A stretch of DNA of 64,000 nucleotides, taken from Candidatus Bilamarchaeaceae archaeon. Its GTDB lineage: Archaea; Micrarchaeota; Micrarchaeia; Anstonellales; Bilamarchaeaceae. The notes under the pieces were generated by a model. It was not told where the DNA came from. It worked only from the letters and a program-made list of their open reading frames with translations, and ran no database searches. The translations under genes were made by a program, and so were the position numbers. The stretch lies in contig JAWCKZ010000001.1 in NCBI GenBank assembly GCA_038851325.1, positions 32,001 through 96,000 of the forward strand, in the 5' to 3' direction. Shown in pieces: positions 49,308 to 58,802 of the stretch; position 1 is the first letter of the stretch; the number at the start of each line of letters is the position of its first letter.

Positions 49308-49424
49308 TTAGCCGTCGCAAGCACCCCAGCCGCAGCTTAGACAAGTCATACAACCTTCTTGAAACACAAGCGGAGTATCGCAGACTGGACACAAACCATT
49401 TTTTATTTTTTCTTCGTCGCTCAT
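49308..49424 (-). CDS. 38-aa Zn-ribbon micro-protein resembling the class II RNR C-terminus
   Basis: MSDEEKIKNGLCPVCDTPLVFQEGCMTCLSCGWGACDG; GGGTG RBS. Confidence 0.75.
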   Translation of the reverse strand: MSDEEKIKNGLCPVCDTPLVFQEGCMTCLSCGWGACDG

Positions 49425-49671
49425 GATCGCACCCATCCTTTTTTTCGCAGAAATTTTAAATCTGTTGCTTTCCACCCCTAGAGTTAAGTTCCATAATAGA
49501 TATAAGTTGACAACTCATAAGCTACTCTTTTCGTCATTGCCGATTGGCTCCGTCTGGGACGGTAATTTCATCGTTGCCATGTTTATAGGAGAGATCCTTA
49601 TATAAATTATTTTCTACCATCGAAAGACCGCGTAAGTGCTTAAAAACTTACCTGAGAAAAACTAAACAGCT

Positions 49672-49894
49672 GCCGTGGCCTGAGAAAAACATAAGCCCAC
49701 GGCACATAGAAAACATTTAGAAAACAGAGAAAACAGAAAGAAACTTAAGAAAATAGTAAGAAAACCTAAATAGTAAGAAAACCTCCACGACCGCCGTGGC
49801 CTGAGAAAAACATAAGCCCACGGCACCTTGAGAACATTTAGAAAACAGAGAAAACAGAAAGAAACTTAAGAAAATAGTAAGAATAAATAAAAAC
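49672..49894 (+). repeat. Stable-RNA-associated hairpin repeat, 2 tandem units (121-bp period)
   Basis: Hairpins at 49672-49703 and 49793-49824; ends at tRNA position 1. Confidence 0.9.
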
Positions 49895-50000
49895 GGGCCC
49901 GTGGCGCAGCCTGGATAGCGCAGCAGCCTTCTATGCGTTTCGAACTTCGTTCAAACCCCAAGAGAGCTGACGGTCGCGAGTTCAAATCTCGCCGGGCCCG
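49895..50000 (+). tRNA. tRNA-Arg(TCT) with canonical 37/38 intron (49934-49964)
   Basis: GGGCCCG/CGGGCCC, CT-TCT-A then a 31-nt hairpin intron, GCGAG-TTCAAAT-CTCGC. Confidence 0.92.
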
Positions 50001-50044
50001 CTGATGGCATTTAAGTTTCAACCACGCCCTTTGGAGGTGGGAAG

Positions 50045-50299
50045 ATGACGGTAGAAAAGAGCCTAAGTAAAATATGCGAAATGATGGATGACATAACTAG
50101 TGATACAGCGGTTCCTAAAAATATCCGCCGTGCTGTGTCCGAAGCTAAGAGTAGGCTTGAAGGAACAGAGGAACTGTCGGTTAAAATAAGCGCGGCCATC
50201 TATCTCATAGAGTCAGTAAGCGATGACGTCAACATGCCGCCCCACACTAGATCACAGATATGGGCGATCCTAGGAGCCCTTGAATCTATAAAGAAATGA
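50045..50299 (+). CDS. UPF0147 family protein
   Basis: DTAVPKNIRR...DVNMPPHTRSQIW. Confidence 0.88.
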   Translation: MTVEKSLSKICEMMDDITSDTAVPKNIRRAVSEAKSRLEGTEELSVKISAAIYLIESVSDDVNMPPHTRSQIWAILGALESIKK

Positions 50300-51717
50300 C
50301 GGTTATGGATAGTCTTGCTCAGAACGAAATTCGTCTTTCTGTAGAGGCAGAGGAACTGCTAAAGAAAAACGAACATATCATAGATAAGGTCCTCTCTCTA
50401 AATAAACCTTTTATCACAAAAGATGATGTAGAGGCAATTTTGAATGAGTCGAAGCCAGTTGAGGTAGAGTTTAAGAAAAGCGATTTTCTACCAGAGGCAA
50501 AGAATTACAACGCTGACATCCGTGTTCTTCATCAATTGGATGTGACATCAAAATCCAGAACGCGCGGAGAAGTTGAAAATTTTGTAAATTATTTTAGGAA
50601 CAGGTATGAGCGCCTTGCAAGGATAATGCGTACAACTACGCGAAATATTCAAACACTCTCGGTGAATGACGCAAAGAGACGTGTTGGAGAAAGAGTAAGA
50701 ATTGTAGTTATGGTAACTGAAAAAAGGAAAACGCAGAAAGGAAATCTTTTCCTCGAAGTTGAGGATGAAAGCGGTTCCTTTAAAGTGATCTTTTCCGGAG
50801 GTTCACAAAAGAAGGCAGAGACGGTGGCGCTTGATGATGTTGTTGCGATCACCGGCAAAGTGCTCGAGCCATACATGATAGCAGACGATGTCGAGTGGCC
50901 GGATATCCCGGTCACACGTGAGAAAAGGCTCTCAGAGAGAGACCTCGCAATTGCGTATATATCTGATATCCATTTCGGCAGCAACAATTTTCTCAGCAAT
51001 TATCTAGAGCGATTTGTGAGATGGCTATATGGAGAAGGAGATGAGAGTGCAAGAAAAATAGCAAGCAAGGTGAAATATATTATTGTGGCTGGAGACGTCG
51101 TAGATGGAATAGGTGTCTACCCAAAGCAGGAAAAGGAGTTAAGCATTAAAGATATCTATAAACAATACGAGATGTTTGATAATTTTGTTCACGAACTTCC
51201 TGATTATATAGATGTTATTGTATGCCCGGGTAATCATGATGCTGTAAGACGTGGCGAACCCATGCCAGCCATTCCGAAGGAATTCATAAAAACAGACGTA
51301 GTACGAATAGGCAGCCCATCGTATGTAGTAGTGGACGGTATAAAGCATCTTGTTTATCACGGAACATCTATCGACTCGTTTGTGGCTAATATTCCTGGAA
51401 TGTCATATGCGCATCCGGAAAAGGTCATGGTAGAGTATTTAAGAAGAAGACATCTCTCGCCTGTTTATGGTGAGAATCTAATTGTGCCTGAAAATATAGA
51501 TTATCTTGTAGTTGAAGAAATACCGGATGTTATACATTGCGGTCACGTACACAAAAACAGTTACGCGCAATATAGAAATGTTATGCTAATAAATTCTGGC
51601 ACGTTTCAGGCACGAACAGAATATCAGATAAAGCAGGGGCATGTCCCAACACCTGGTTTTGTTCCAGTTTATGAGCTAAAAACTGGTAGGCTTCGCACTT
51701 TGGATTTTACAAAGTGA
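50296..51717 (+). CDS. polB: DNA polymerase D small (exonuclease) subunit DP1
   Basis: SDIHFGS, AGDVVDGIGVYPxQ, PGNHD, HG, RRHLSP, GHVH. Confidence 0.94.
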   Translation: MTVMDSLAQNEIRLSVEAEELLKKNEHIIDKVLSLNKPFITKDDVEAILNESKPVEVEFKKSDFLPEAKNYNADIRVLHQLDVTSKSRTRGEVENFVNYFRNRYERLARIMRTTTRNIQTLSVNDAKRRVGERVRIVVMVTEKRKTQKGNLFLEVEDESGSFKVIFSGGSQKKAETVALDDVVAITGKVLEPYMIADDVEWPDIPVTREKRLSERDLAIAYISDIHFGSNNFLSNYLERFVRWLYGEGDESARKIASKVKYIIVAGDVVDGIGVYPKQEKELSIKDIYKQYEMFDNFVHELPDYIDVIVCPGNHDAVRRGEPMPAIPKEFIKTDVVRIGSPSYVVVDGIKHLVYHGTSIDSFVANIPGMSYAHPEKVMVEYLRRRHLSPVYGENLIVPENIDYLVVEEIPDVIHCGHVHKNSYAQYRNVMLINSGTFQARTEYQIKQGHVPTPGFVPVYELKTGRLRTLDFTK

Positions 51718-51798
51718 GATCTATGGAGCAAAATCAATTTTTAGCTGACCTTACTCACATTTTTATTTTTATGTCTATAAGTAAATGATAGACCGACC

Positions 51799-52467
51799 AT
51801 GATATCTTCGGTTTTTTTTGATATCGATGATACACTATTTCCATCAACAGAATTCTCAGAGTTCGCACGAAGGAACGCGATACGCGCGCTCATAGCCATG
51901 GGCTTACCTTATAGTGAGAGTAAGATAACACGCATTCTCAATGATATTGTAGCCAAAAAGGGTTCGAACTATCCCAGACATTTTGATGAGGTTCTTAAAA
52001 GGCTTGGCGTGAAAAACCGCAATCGCTATGTTGCGGCTGCTGTTGCGGCGTATCATGATACAAAAGCGTCGATTTCTCCGTATCCTGAAGTGCCGCGGAT
52101 TCTCGTCGCACTTAAGAGCGCAGGGAAAAGGATATACGTCGCGTCCGATGGCATTGAAGTAAAACAATGGGACAAACTTATACGAATGAAAATTGCGCTT
52201 TTTTTTGATGATGTTTTCGTCTCAGAAAATCTCAAGATAAAAAAAGGGGAAAATTTTTACAAAGAAATACTGCGAAAGCTTCGTGCGAAACCGAACGAAT
52301 GTCTTATGGTAGGCGACAGGGAAGACAAAGACATCGTACCGGCAAAGAAAGCTGGAATGCTAACCTTTAGAGTCTTTAGAGGGAAGTACAGCACAAAGCA
52401 TAAGAGCACGGTAGCGGACTATTACGGAGATGATCTCACACGGCTCGTTGATATAGTAAAAAGATGA
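51799..52467 (+). CDS. HAD-superfamily hydrolase
   Basis: FDIDDTL, QWDKL, MVGDRxxxDI. Confidence 0.9.
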   Translation: MISSVFFDIDDTLFPSTEFSEFARRNAIRALIAMGLPYSESKITRILNDIVAKKGSNYPRHFDEVLKRLGVKNRNRYVAAAVAAYHDTKASISPYPEVPRILVALKSAGKRIYVASDGIEVKQWDKLIRMKIALFFDDVFVSENLKIKKGENFYKEILRKLRAKPNECLMVGDREDKDIVPAKKAGMLTFRVFRGKYSTKHKSTVADYYGDDLTRLVDIVKR

Positions 52468-52529
52468 AAGGAATGAACGCTTCTGCCAAACCCGCATGAT
52501 TAAAAAATTATGCGATTAAACAAGACTCC

Positions 52530-53372
52530 ATGAGAAGACTTCTACTATCATTGTTGATTTTAGGGATGCTAGTTCTCATCGGTTGTATTGGTGGCGGCGC
52601 AAAGAAATGCCAGACAAATGCAGATTGCCCGCCCTATCAGGAATGCAATGTAACCAGCGGTACATGCGAACTGAAGCCTGGCTACTGCAACACTGACGCC
52701 GAATGTGGCGATGAATTAATGACATGCAATACGAATACCCATATCTGCGAATTTAAAGCTGGAAGATGCCGGTTTGATAAGGATTGCCCATCATGGCAGG
52801 TCTGTAACGCTGAACAAAGATGCATAGCAGCTCCAGGGTATTGTGATTCTGATGCGCAATGTAATACTACATTTGAGTATTGTAACCCAACAAGACATAC
52901 GTGTTCTCCAAAACCAGGTTACTGCACTGCTGACACAGATTGTGCAGGATGGGAAACGTGTAAGATAAGCGAAGGAAGATGTAGACCAATAAGCGGGAGA
53001 TGCAATGTAGACGGCGATTGTGAAACCTGGCAACTCTGCGATCTGAAGACGCATTGGTGTAAAGCTAAACCAGAGTATTGCATAAACGATGCAGATTGCG
53101 GCACATGGGCCACTTGCGATACAAGTACACATAGATGTAGGGCACGGCAAGGGTATTGCTCAATGGATAACGACTGCAATGAATGGGAATATTGCAGCAC
53201 AACTACACGGAGATGCACGCCACGAAAGGATCACTGCAATACAAATGCCGACTGCGGTGCATGGCAAGTTTGTGTGAACCACTTCTGTGCTGCTAAAACA
53301 GGTTATTGCAATACAAATGATGACTGCGTAGCTGGCGAGGTTTGCAATCAGCAAACGCATATGTGCCAATGA
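52530..53372 (+). CDS. Cys-rich tandem-repeat surface lipoprotein
   Basis: LIGC lipobox and ten ~26-aa 4-Cys repeats. Confidence 0.8.
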   Translation: MRRLLLSLLILGMLVLIGCIGGGAKKCQTNADCPPYQECNVTSGTCELKPGYCNTDAECGDELMTCNTNTHICEFKAGRCRFDKDCPSWQVCNAEQRCIAAPGYCDSDAQCNTTFEYCNPTRHTCSPKPGYCTADTDCAGWETCKISEGRCRPISGRCNVDGDCETWQLCDLKTHWCKAKPEYCINDADCGTWATCDTSTHRCRARQGYCSMDNDCNEWEYCSTTTRRCTPRKDHCNTNADCGAWQVCVNHFCAAKTGYCNTNDDCVAGEVCNQQTHMCQ

Positions 53373-53389
53373 TGGAGGCTCTCTAAAAC

Positions 53390-55438
53390 GTGGCGGACAT
53401 GGAACTTGTTGTAGCAGAGAAACCTAAGGTCGCACAAAAAATAGCGACAGCGATATGCAAGAATCTGCAAAGAAAAATATACAACAATATTCCATACTAT
53501 CATGGCGAGCGCAACGGAAAAGAAATTATTGTCGCATCAGCCGTAGGGCATGTTTATGCCCTTGTTGAACGAGAGAGAACAAAAAGCTATCCTGTTTTTG
53601 ATGTTGTGTGGGCGCCTGCTTATAAGGCATCAAAAGGTGCGGCTTACACAAAACAATACATCGCACTTCTAGAGGAACTTGGCAAAAAAGCAGATATTTT
53701 TGTGTCGGCGTGCGATTACGACATCGAAGGCTCCACGATAGCATACAATGTCTTCAGATTTGCCACAAAAATAAGAGAAGGCAGAAGAATGAAATTCTCA
53801 GCACTAACAACCAGAGATCTTTCAGAAGCTTATGAAAACATGGGTGATTTTGACTACAATAACGCATATGCCGGAGAGGCGCGGCATATCCTTGATTGGT
53901 ATTACGGTATAAATCTCAGCAGAGCACTCATGGCATCCTTAAGAACAGCAGCACGTCATAAAATAATGAGTATCGGAAGAGTTCAAGGCCCGGCACTTGA
54001 TATCCTCGCCACGCTAGAGAACGAAATTAGGGCATTTGTGCCAGTTCCGTATTGGGTACTTACGATAAGTGTAAAGAATACAGCATTCACGCATAAGAAG
54101 AGACAATTCTTTGATGAAAAAGAGGCGGAAACCTCTTTACAGAGAACGGCAGATGAAGGAAGGGTTGTTAATATCAAGAAAGAGACTGTAAAGTTGTGGC
54201 CTAATCCGTGTTTTGATCTCACGAGCCTTCAAGTAGAAGCGCATAGGGTGTTTGGTTTCAATCCATCGAGAACGCTTCAACTTGCACAGACACTTTATGA
54301 GGATTCGCTCATTACCTATCCAAGGACATCGTCGCAACAAATTCCACCTACGATAAATCTCCACGCAATTCTGAAAAAACTGAAAGACATAGAAGAATAT
54401 AGAGAACCTGTGAGCAAGATAATAGAGAATGGGTGGTTTAGGGTGTTTCAAGGAAAGAAGGAAGACCCTGCCCATCCTGCGATCCATCCTACTGGTCTCA
54501 AACCTGAACGACTCGATAAGGAAAGCGCAAAGCTGTACGATCTCATAGTCAGACGTTTCCTCGCAGCCTTCGCCCCTCCTGCCGAGAAGGAGAATACTTT
54601 GGTTGAGATTGATGCTGGTGGAGAGTTATATGACGCGACTGGAAGCCATCTGAAAGAGCCAGGTTGGATCAATTTTTATGGAAAATATTTTAAAAACAAA
54701 GAGAAGGAACTTCCAGAATTTGAAGAAGGGGAAATTGTAGAGATAAAGAAAAAGAAAAAAACACAAAAAGAAACACAACCGCCGAGAAGGCATACACAAG
54801 CATCAATGGTATCAGAGTTGGAGAAGAGAAAACTCGGAACAAAGGCGACAAGAAGCGTCATAATAGACACTCTATTCAAAAGAGGTTACATAACTGGAAA
54901 ACAGATAGAGGTTACAGATTTTGGTCTTAAGGTGCGCGATATCTTGAAAAAATATGCGCCAGAGATCTTGGATGAAGAACTCACGAGAAAGATAGAAGAG
55001 GATATGGAAAAGATACAGGAAGGGAAAATAGAGAAGGAGGAAGTGATAGCTGAAGGAAAAGAGATCCTTATACAAATTCTTGACAAATGGAAAACAAACG
55101 AAGAAAGGATAGGTCGTGAACTTTCAGAATCGTTAAAACTTACAGAGAGCAAGGAGGGCAGCGTTGGACGATGTGATAAATGCGGCGGAGAGCTCAGAAT
55201 TATTCGAATGAAAGGTGGAAAGCAGTTTATTGGATGTTCAAACTACCCAAACTGCACAAATACCTACCCTCTTCCCCCGAGTGCGTTTGTAAAACCAACA
55301 ACAAAAGCATGCTCTGTATGCGGCAAGCCGGTTGTGCTTGTTCTGAAAAACAAGAGTAGATTTGAAATGTGTATTGATATAAAATGCCCTTCAAAAGAAA
55401 AATGGAGGCGAGGGAATAAAGATGAGAAAGATTCTTGA
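53390..55438 (+). CDS. topA: DNA topoisomerase I (type IA)
   Basis: AEKP, DYDIEG, SIGRVQ, ITYPRT, AHPAIHPT, GTKATR, C-terminal Zn ribbons. Confidence 0.95.
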   Translation: MADMELVVAEKPKVAQKIATAICKNLQRKIYNNIPYYHGERNGKEIIVASAVGHVYALVERERTKSYPVFDVVWAPAYKASKGAAYTKQYIALLEELGKKADIFVSACDYDIEGSTIAYNVFRFATKIREGRRMKFSALTTRDLSEAYENMGDFDYNNAYAGEARHILDWYYGINLSRALMASLRTAARHKIMSIGRVQGPALDILATLENEIRAFVPVPYWVLTISVKNTAFTHKKRQFFDEKEAETSLQRTADEGRVVNIKKETVKLWPNPCFDLTSLQVEAHRVFGFNPSRTLQLAQTLYEDSLITYPRTSSQQIPPTINLHAILKKLKDIEEYREPVSKIIENGWFRVFQGKKEDPAHPAIHPTGLKPERLDKESAKLYDLIVRRFLAAFAPPAEKENTLVEIDAGGELYDATGSHLKEPGWINFYGKYFKNKEKELPEFEEGEIVEIKKKKKTQKETQPPRRHTQASMVSELEKRKLGTKATRSVIIDTLFKRGYITGKQIEVTDFGLKVRDILKKYAPEILDEELTRKIEEDMEKIQEGKIEKEEVIAEGKEILIQILDKWKTNEERIGRELSESLKLTESKEGSVGRCDKCGGELRIIRMKGGKQFIGCSNYPNCTNTYPLPPSAFVKPTTKACSVCGKPVVLVLKNKSRFEMCIDIKCPSKEKWRRGNKDEKDS

Positions 55439-56603
55439 CTATGATGTAAATGGAAAAAGCATTCTTCTCCGGGTTGATTTAAATTCTCCTGTAGTGAATG
55501 GAAAAGTCATCCTCAACGAAAGGATTTCAACACATGTTAAAACTATGGATAAGCTGAGCAGAAGAGGCGCAAGGGTCATAGTGCTTGCGCATCAGGGGAG
55601 GAAAGGTGAACCAGATTTTGTGAGCCTTAGGCAACATGCTCATTATATTACCAATATCTTAGGCAAGAACATCACATTTGTCCCAGACCTCACTGGCCCA
55701 AAGATTAGTAACGCTCTGAAATCCGCAAAGAACGGTGATATTATTCTCCTGGAAAACGTGCGGTTTTTAGAGTCCGAAGAGAGGGAGAGCGGAGAGATCG
55801 TAAAGATGCTCACTCCATTAGCAGATTATTTTGTTCTTGATGCCATGAGTGTTGCGCATCGAGCGCATGCGAGTGTTGTCGGTTTCACGAAAACACTCCC
55901 ATCATTCTATGGCCCTGTACTTGCTGAAGAGGTGGATGCTATCTCAAAGGTTATGAGTGCGAATGATGTCACGTTCGTTCTTGGTGGTTCAAAAGCAGGA
56001 GATTCGCTTGGTATTATAGAAAACTGGATGCGAACTAAAAAAAGAGGTAGATTTTTACTCGGTGGCGCGCTTTCGCTTTTGTTTCTAAAATCAAAGGGGT
56101 TTTTCCTTGGCGCATCTGAAGAATTCTTAAAAAAGGAGAACCTATTGGAACATCTTGAGGATGTCAGAGCAATTTGTGAAAATGAAAATATTACTCTTCC
56201 TCACGACGTTGGGGTTTGCGTCGATGGGAACCGTATCGAAATTCCCGTTGGAAGTATAACGCAAGGAAATGTTTGGGACATAGGAAAGAAAACGGCAGAG
56301 CATTATGCTGGTATAATCGCTAATTCCAGCGTGGTTGTTATGAACGGCCCGATGGGGGTATACGAGATGAAAGGTTTCGAGATCGGCACAAAGATTGTTT
56401 TAGAAGCAATAGCCAACAGCAAATGCTTCTCCTTACTTGGTGGCGGGCACACTGTCTCTGCACTTGAAGCGCTTAAATTTGATAAAAAGTTGTTTGGGTA
56501 TGTTAGCCTCTCCGGAAAGGCACTTATAAAATACCTTTGCGGAGAAAAACTTGTTGCCCTGAAGGCACTCGAGGACAATGAAAAAAACTTTATGGTTAAA
56601 TAG
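55422..56603 (+). CDS. pgk: Phosphoglycerate kinase
   Basis: RVDLNSP, HQGR, LLENVRF, AHRAHAS, NGPMGVYE, GGGH. Confidence 0.95.
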   Translation: MRKILDYDVNGKSILLRVDLNSPVVNGKVILNERISTHVKTMDKLSRRGARVIVLAHQGRKGEPDFVSLRQHAHYITNILGKNITFVPDLTGPKISNALKSAKNGDIILLENVRFLESEERESGEIVKMLTPLADYFVLDAMSVAHRAHASVVGFTKTLPSFYGPVLAEEVDAISKVMSANDVTFVLGGSKAGDSLGIIENWMRTKKRGRFLLGGALSLLFLKSKGFFLGASEEFLKKENLLEHLEDVRAICENENITLPHDVGVCVDGNRIEIPVGSITQGNVWDIGKKTAEHYAGIIANSSVVVMNGPMGVYEMKGFEIGTKIVLEAIANSKCFSLLGGGHTVSALEALKFDKKLFGYVSLSGKALIKYLCGEKLVALKALEDNEKNFMVK

Positions 56604-57762
56604 ACTTCCTTGTGAGCTTTTTGTAGATAGAAAGGAATCTTTTTACCACATTCTCAATCTCATATCGTTTGGCTTCTTTCTTACCGAACATGCCAAGCCT
56701 TTTCCGTAATTTTCTGTTTTTGAGAATGCGTATCACGTTCGTAGCAAGGGCTACCTCATCACCAGGTTCGGTAAGCAACCCTGTTTGCGCTCTTATTACA
56801 CTGGCGGCACCAAGTCTTTTCACTCCAACAACAGGCAACCCAAAGTACATGGCTTCAACAAACGTTAGTCCAAATGTCTCACTGTCAGATGCGGACACAA
56901 AAACATCTGCAGTTTTATAAAGTAATGGGAGAACGCGATCAGGGACAAAACCAGTAAACAGGACACCCTTAAGCCTCATAGCATTTGCAAGTTTTTTGTA
57001 GTCGGCAAGGTATGGACCGCTCCCAGCGATCACCAAACACGCGTTCGGAACTTCTTTTTTCACCAGCCTGAAGGCGCTAAGCAAAACTTCTATCCTCTTC
57101 TCGAAACTTATCCTACCAACGTAGAGCACCAAAAGAGCATCATTTGGTATGTTGTAAAATTTTCTGATATCCTGCCTTGTAGACACATTTTCGAATTTTG
57201 AAAATGAGATCCCGTTTGGAATGTAATTAACATTTCTTATTCCGTATCCTTCCAGCTCCCTTTTCAGAGCAGTAGTCGGCGCGGTAACAACATCAGCCTG
57301 CGAAAAAACTATACCAACGAGCTTCTGCACTGGGATTTTTGCCATATCAGCAATCCACCCTCTCAGAAGCCCTTTTGAGAGATGCGGGAGATAGTCTGGA
57401 AAATGCGTATGGTAAGTAGCTACAACAGGTATACGCATTTTTTTGCCAACCAGAAGAGCCCTTAAACCAAGGAGCACTGGGGCGTGAAGATGGATAACAT
57501 CTGGCTTTTCAGCTGCAAGGAGTTCTGCGATTTTTTTCCTTCTTATTGTGGCCATTCTATAGCCTTCATAAAAGGGAAAAGGAAGCGCTGGGACTGAATA
57601 TACTCTTATTCCTCCCTTTTTCTCAATTTTTAATTCTCTATCTCCAGGTGCAAAGAGCACCACCTCAGCATACTTGGAAAGCACTGGAAGAAAATCTGAA
57701 AGAAATGTAACAACGCCATTTTTTTGAGGATAATAGGTATCTGTGAATAAGGCTACCTTCAT
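56596..57762 (-). CDS. GT4-family glycosyltransferase
   Basis: FTDTYYPQKNGV, TYHT, VGRISFEK, ETFGLTFVEA. Confidence 0.92.
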   Translation of the reverse strand: MKVALFTDTYYPQKNGVVTFLSDFLPVLSKYAEVVLFAPGDRELKIEKKGGIRVYSVPALPFPFYEGYRMATIRRKKIAELLAAEKPDVIHLHAPVLLGLRALLVGKKMRIPVVATYHTHFPDYLPHLSKGLLRGWIADMAKIPVQKLVGIVFSQADVVTAPTTALKRELEGYGIRNVNYIPNGISFSKFENVSTRQDIRKFYNIPNDALLVLYVGRISFEKRIEVLLSAFRLVKKEVPNACLVIAGSGPYLADYKKLANAMRLKGVLFTGFVPDRVLPLLYKTADVFVSASDSETFGLTFVEAMYFGLPVVGVKRLGAASVIRAQTGLLTEPGDEVALATNVIRILKNRKLRKRLGMFGKKEAKRYEIENVVKRFLSIYKKLTRKSI

Positions 57763-57776
57763 ACTCTTTTAGCCCC

Positions 57777-58802
57777 TCAATCCTTCACGATTGCATATCC
57801 GTTTTGGTCTATAACGATTTTTACCGTCCCCAACTTATATGTCTCATAATACGTCATGTGATATTGCTCTTGCTCCATCACTCTCTTAAAAGGAAGCCGT
57901 GTGGAACCCTCGACCTCCATCGTCTCATCAGAGCAGCCACATATAATTGCATTCCTTGGTTTGCTTGCTTGAAGGAAAAAGGCTATATTTGCAGTTCCAG
58001 CACCGACGCCGTAATAGGGTGCTTCAATCACATCCGCTTTTATTTTCTCTCTGAAGGTATTCACGATGTCTCCCTGCGCACCGGTTTGTATGTTCGATAG
58101 AAGCAAGACGGTTGTATTTCTATCAGATAGCAGGAGCACAACAGCATCATTATTAACATCATCAAACTGTGGTTCCTTTGGATTGAGAGCTTCAAATTTT
58201 ATCCCATTAAACTCGCGTTCGTATCCTCTTTTCACAATAACAGTATTCTCTGCTTTCTCGCTTACGGCTTCCACAGTCGAACGATAGTCTTGTGAGAGAG
58301 AAACACCGCCCCACCAAAACTCTTCTATCTGGTAAACAGCAGCAATCGATAACAATCCGCCATATCGACGTGGGTCCCCTGCTGTTGAAACGAGAACATC
58401 TATGTCATCCACACCCTTTTTTCTTAACAAATCAAGAACACGACCGGATGTTGTTGTGGACCCGGCATCTATGAGCATATCAAAATCTCCTTTTTTTATG
58501 AAAATTGATGAGCCGTGTTCTCCGCTGGAGTAATCGCATACATCAATAAAGTAGACACCGAGCTTTTCAGATGGAGCGTATGTATAATTCACACCTACTT
58601 CCTCAATCTTTTCCTCAGTTATATTTTCCTCTGTTTCTCCATAGCTTTCATTTCTTATTTGAGTGATATTTTTCTGGGGCTCTGTTACGATTATGATTGT
58701 TTTATTTTTCTCTGTTTCATTAACAGGCTGCTGTGTCTCCCCAACGCAACCAAGAGCACACACGAGCAAGATTATTAACGCCAACAAAGTCAATCGTTTC
58801 AT
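57777..58802 (-). CDS. ComEC/Rec2-like MBL-fold lipoprotein with degenerate metal site
   Basis: ALGC lipobox; VYFIDV, MLIDAG, NNDAVV; STAGDPRRYGG in place of THxDxDHxGG. Confidence 0.72.
   Translation of the reverse strand: MKRLTLLALIILLVCALGCVGETQQPVNETEKNKTIIIVTEPQKNITQIRNESYGETEENITEEKIEEVGVNYTYAPSEKLGVYFIDVCDYSSGEHGSSIFIKKGDFDMLIDAGSTTTSGRVLDLLRKKGVDDIDVLVSTAGDPRRYGGLLSIAAVYQIEEFWWGGVSLSQDYRSTVEAVSEKAENTVIVKRGYEREFNGIKFEALNPKEPQFDDVNNDAVVLLLSDRNTTVLLLSNIQTGAQGDIVNTFREKIKADVIEAPYYGVGAGTANIAFFLQASKPRNAIICGCSDETMEVEGSTRLPFKRVMEQEQYHMTYYETYKLGTVKIVIDQNGYAIVKD

Noticed and set aside
49516..49581. Tiny minus-strand ORF MATMKLPSQTEPIGNDEKSSL
   Set aside because: No recognisable motif or RBS, so support is insufficient.
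49672..49894. CRISPR array
   Set aside because: The whole 121-bp unit repeats, there are no unique spacers, only two units, and no cas genes.
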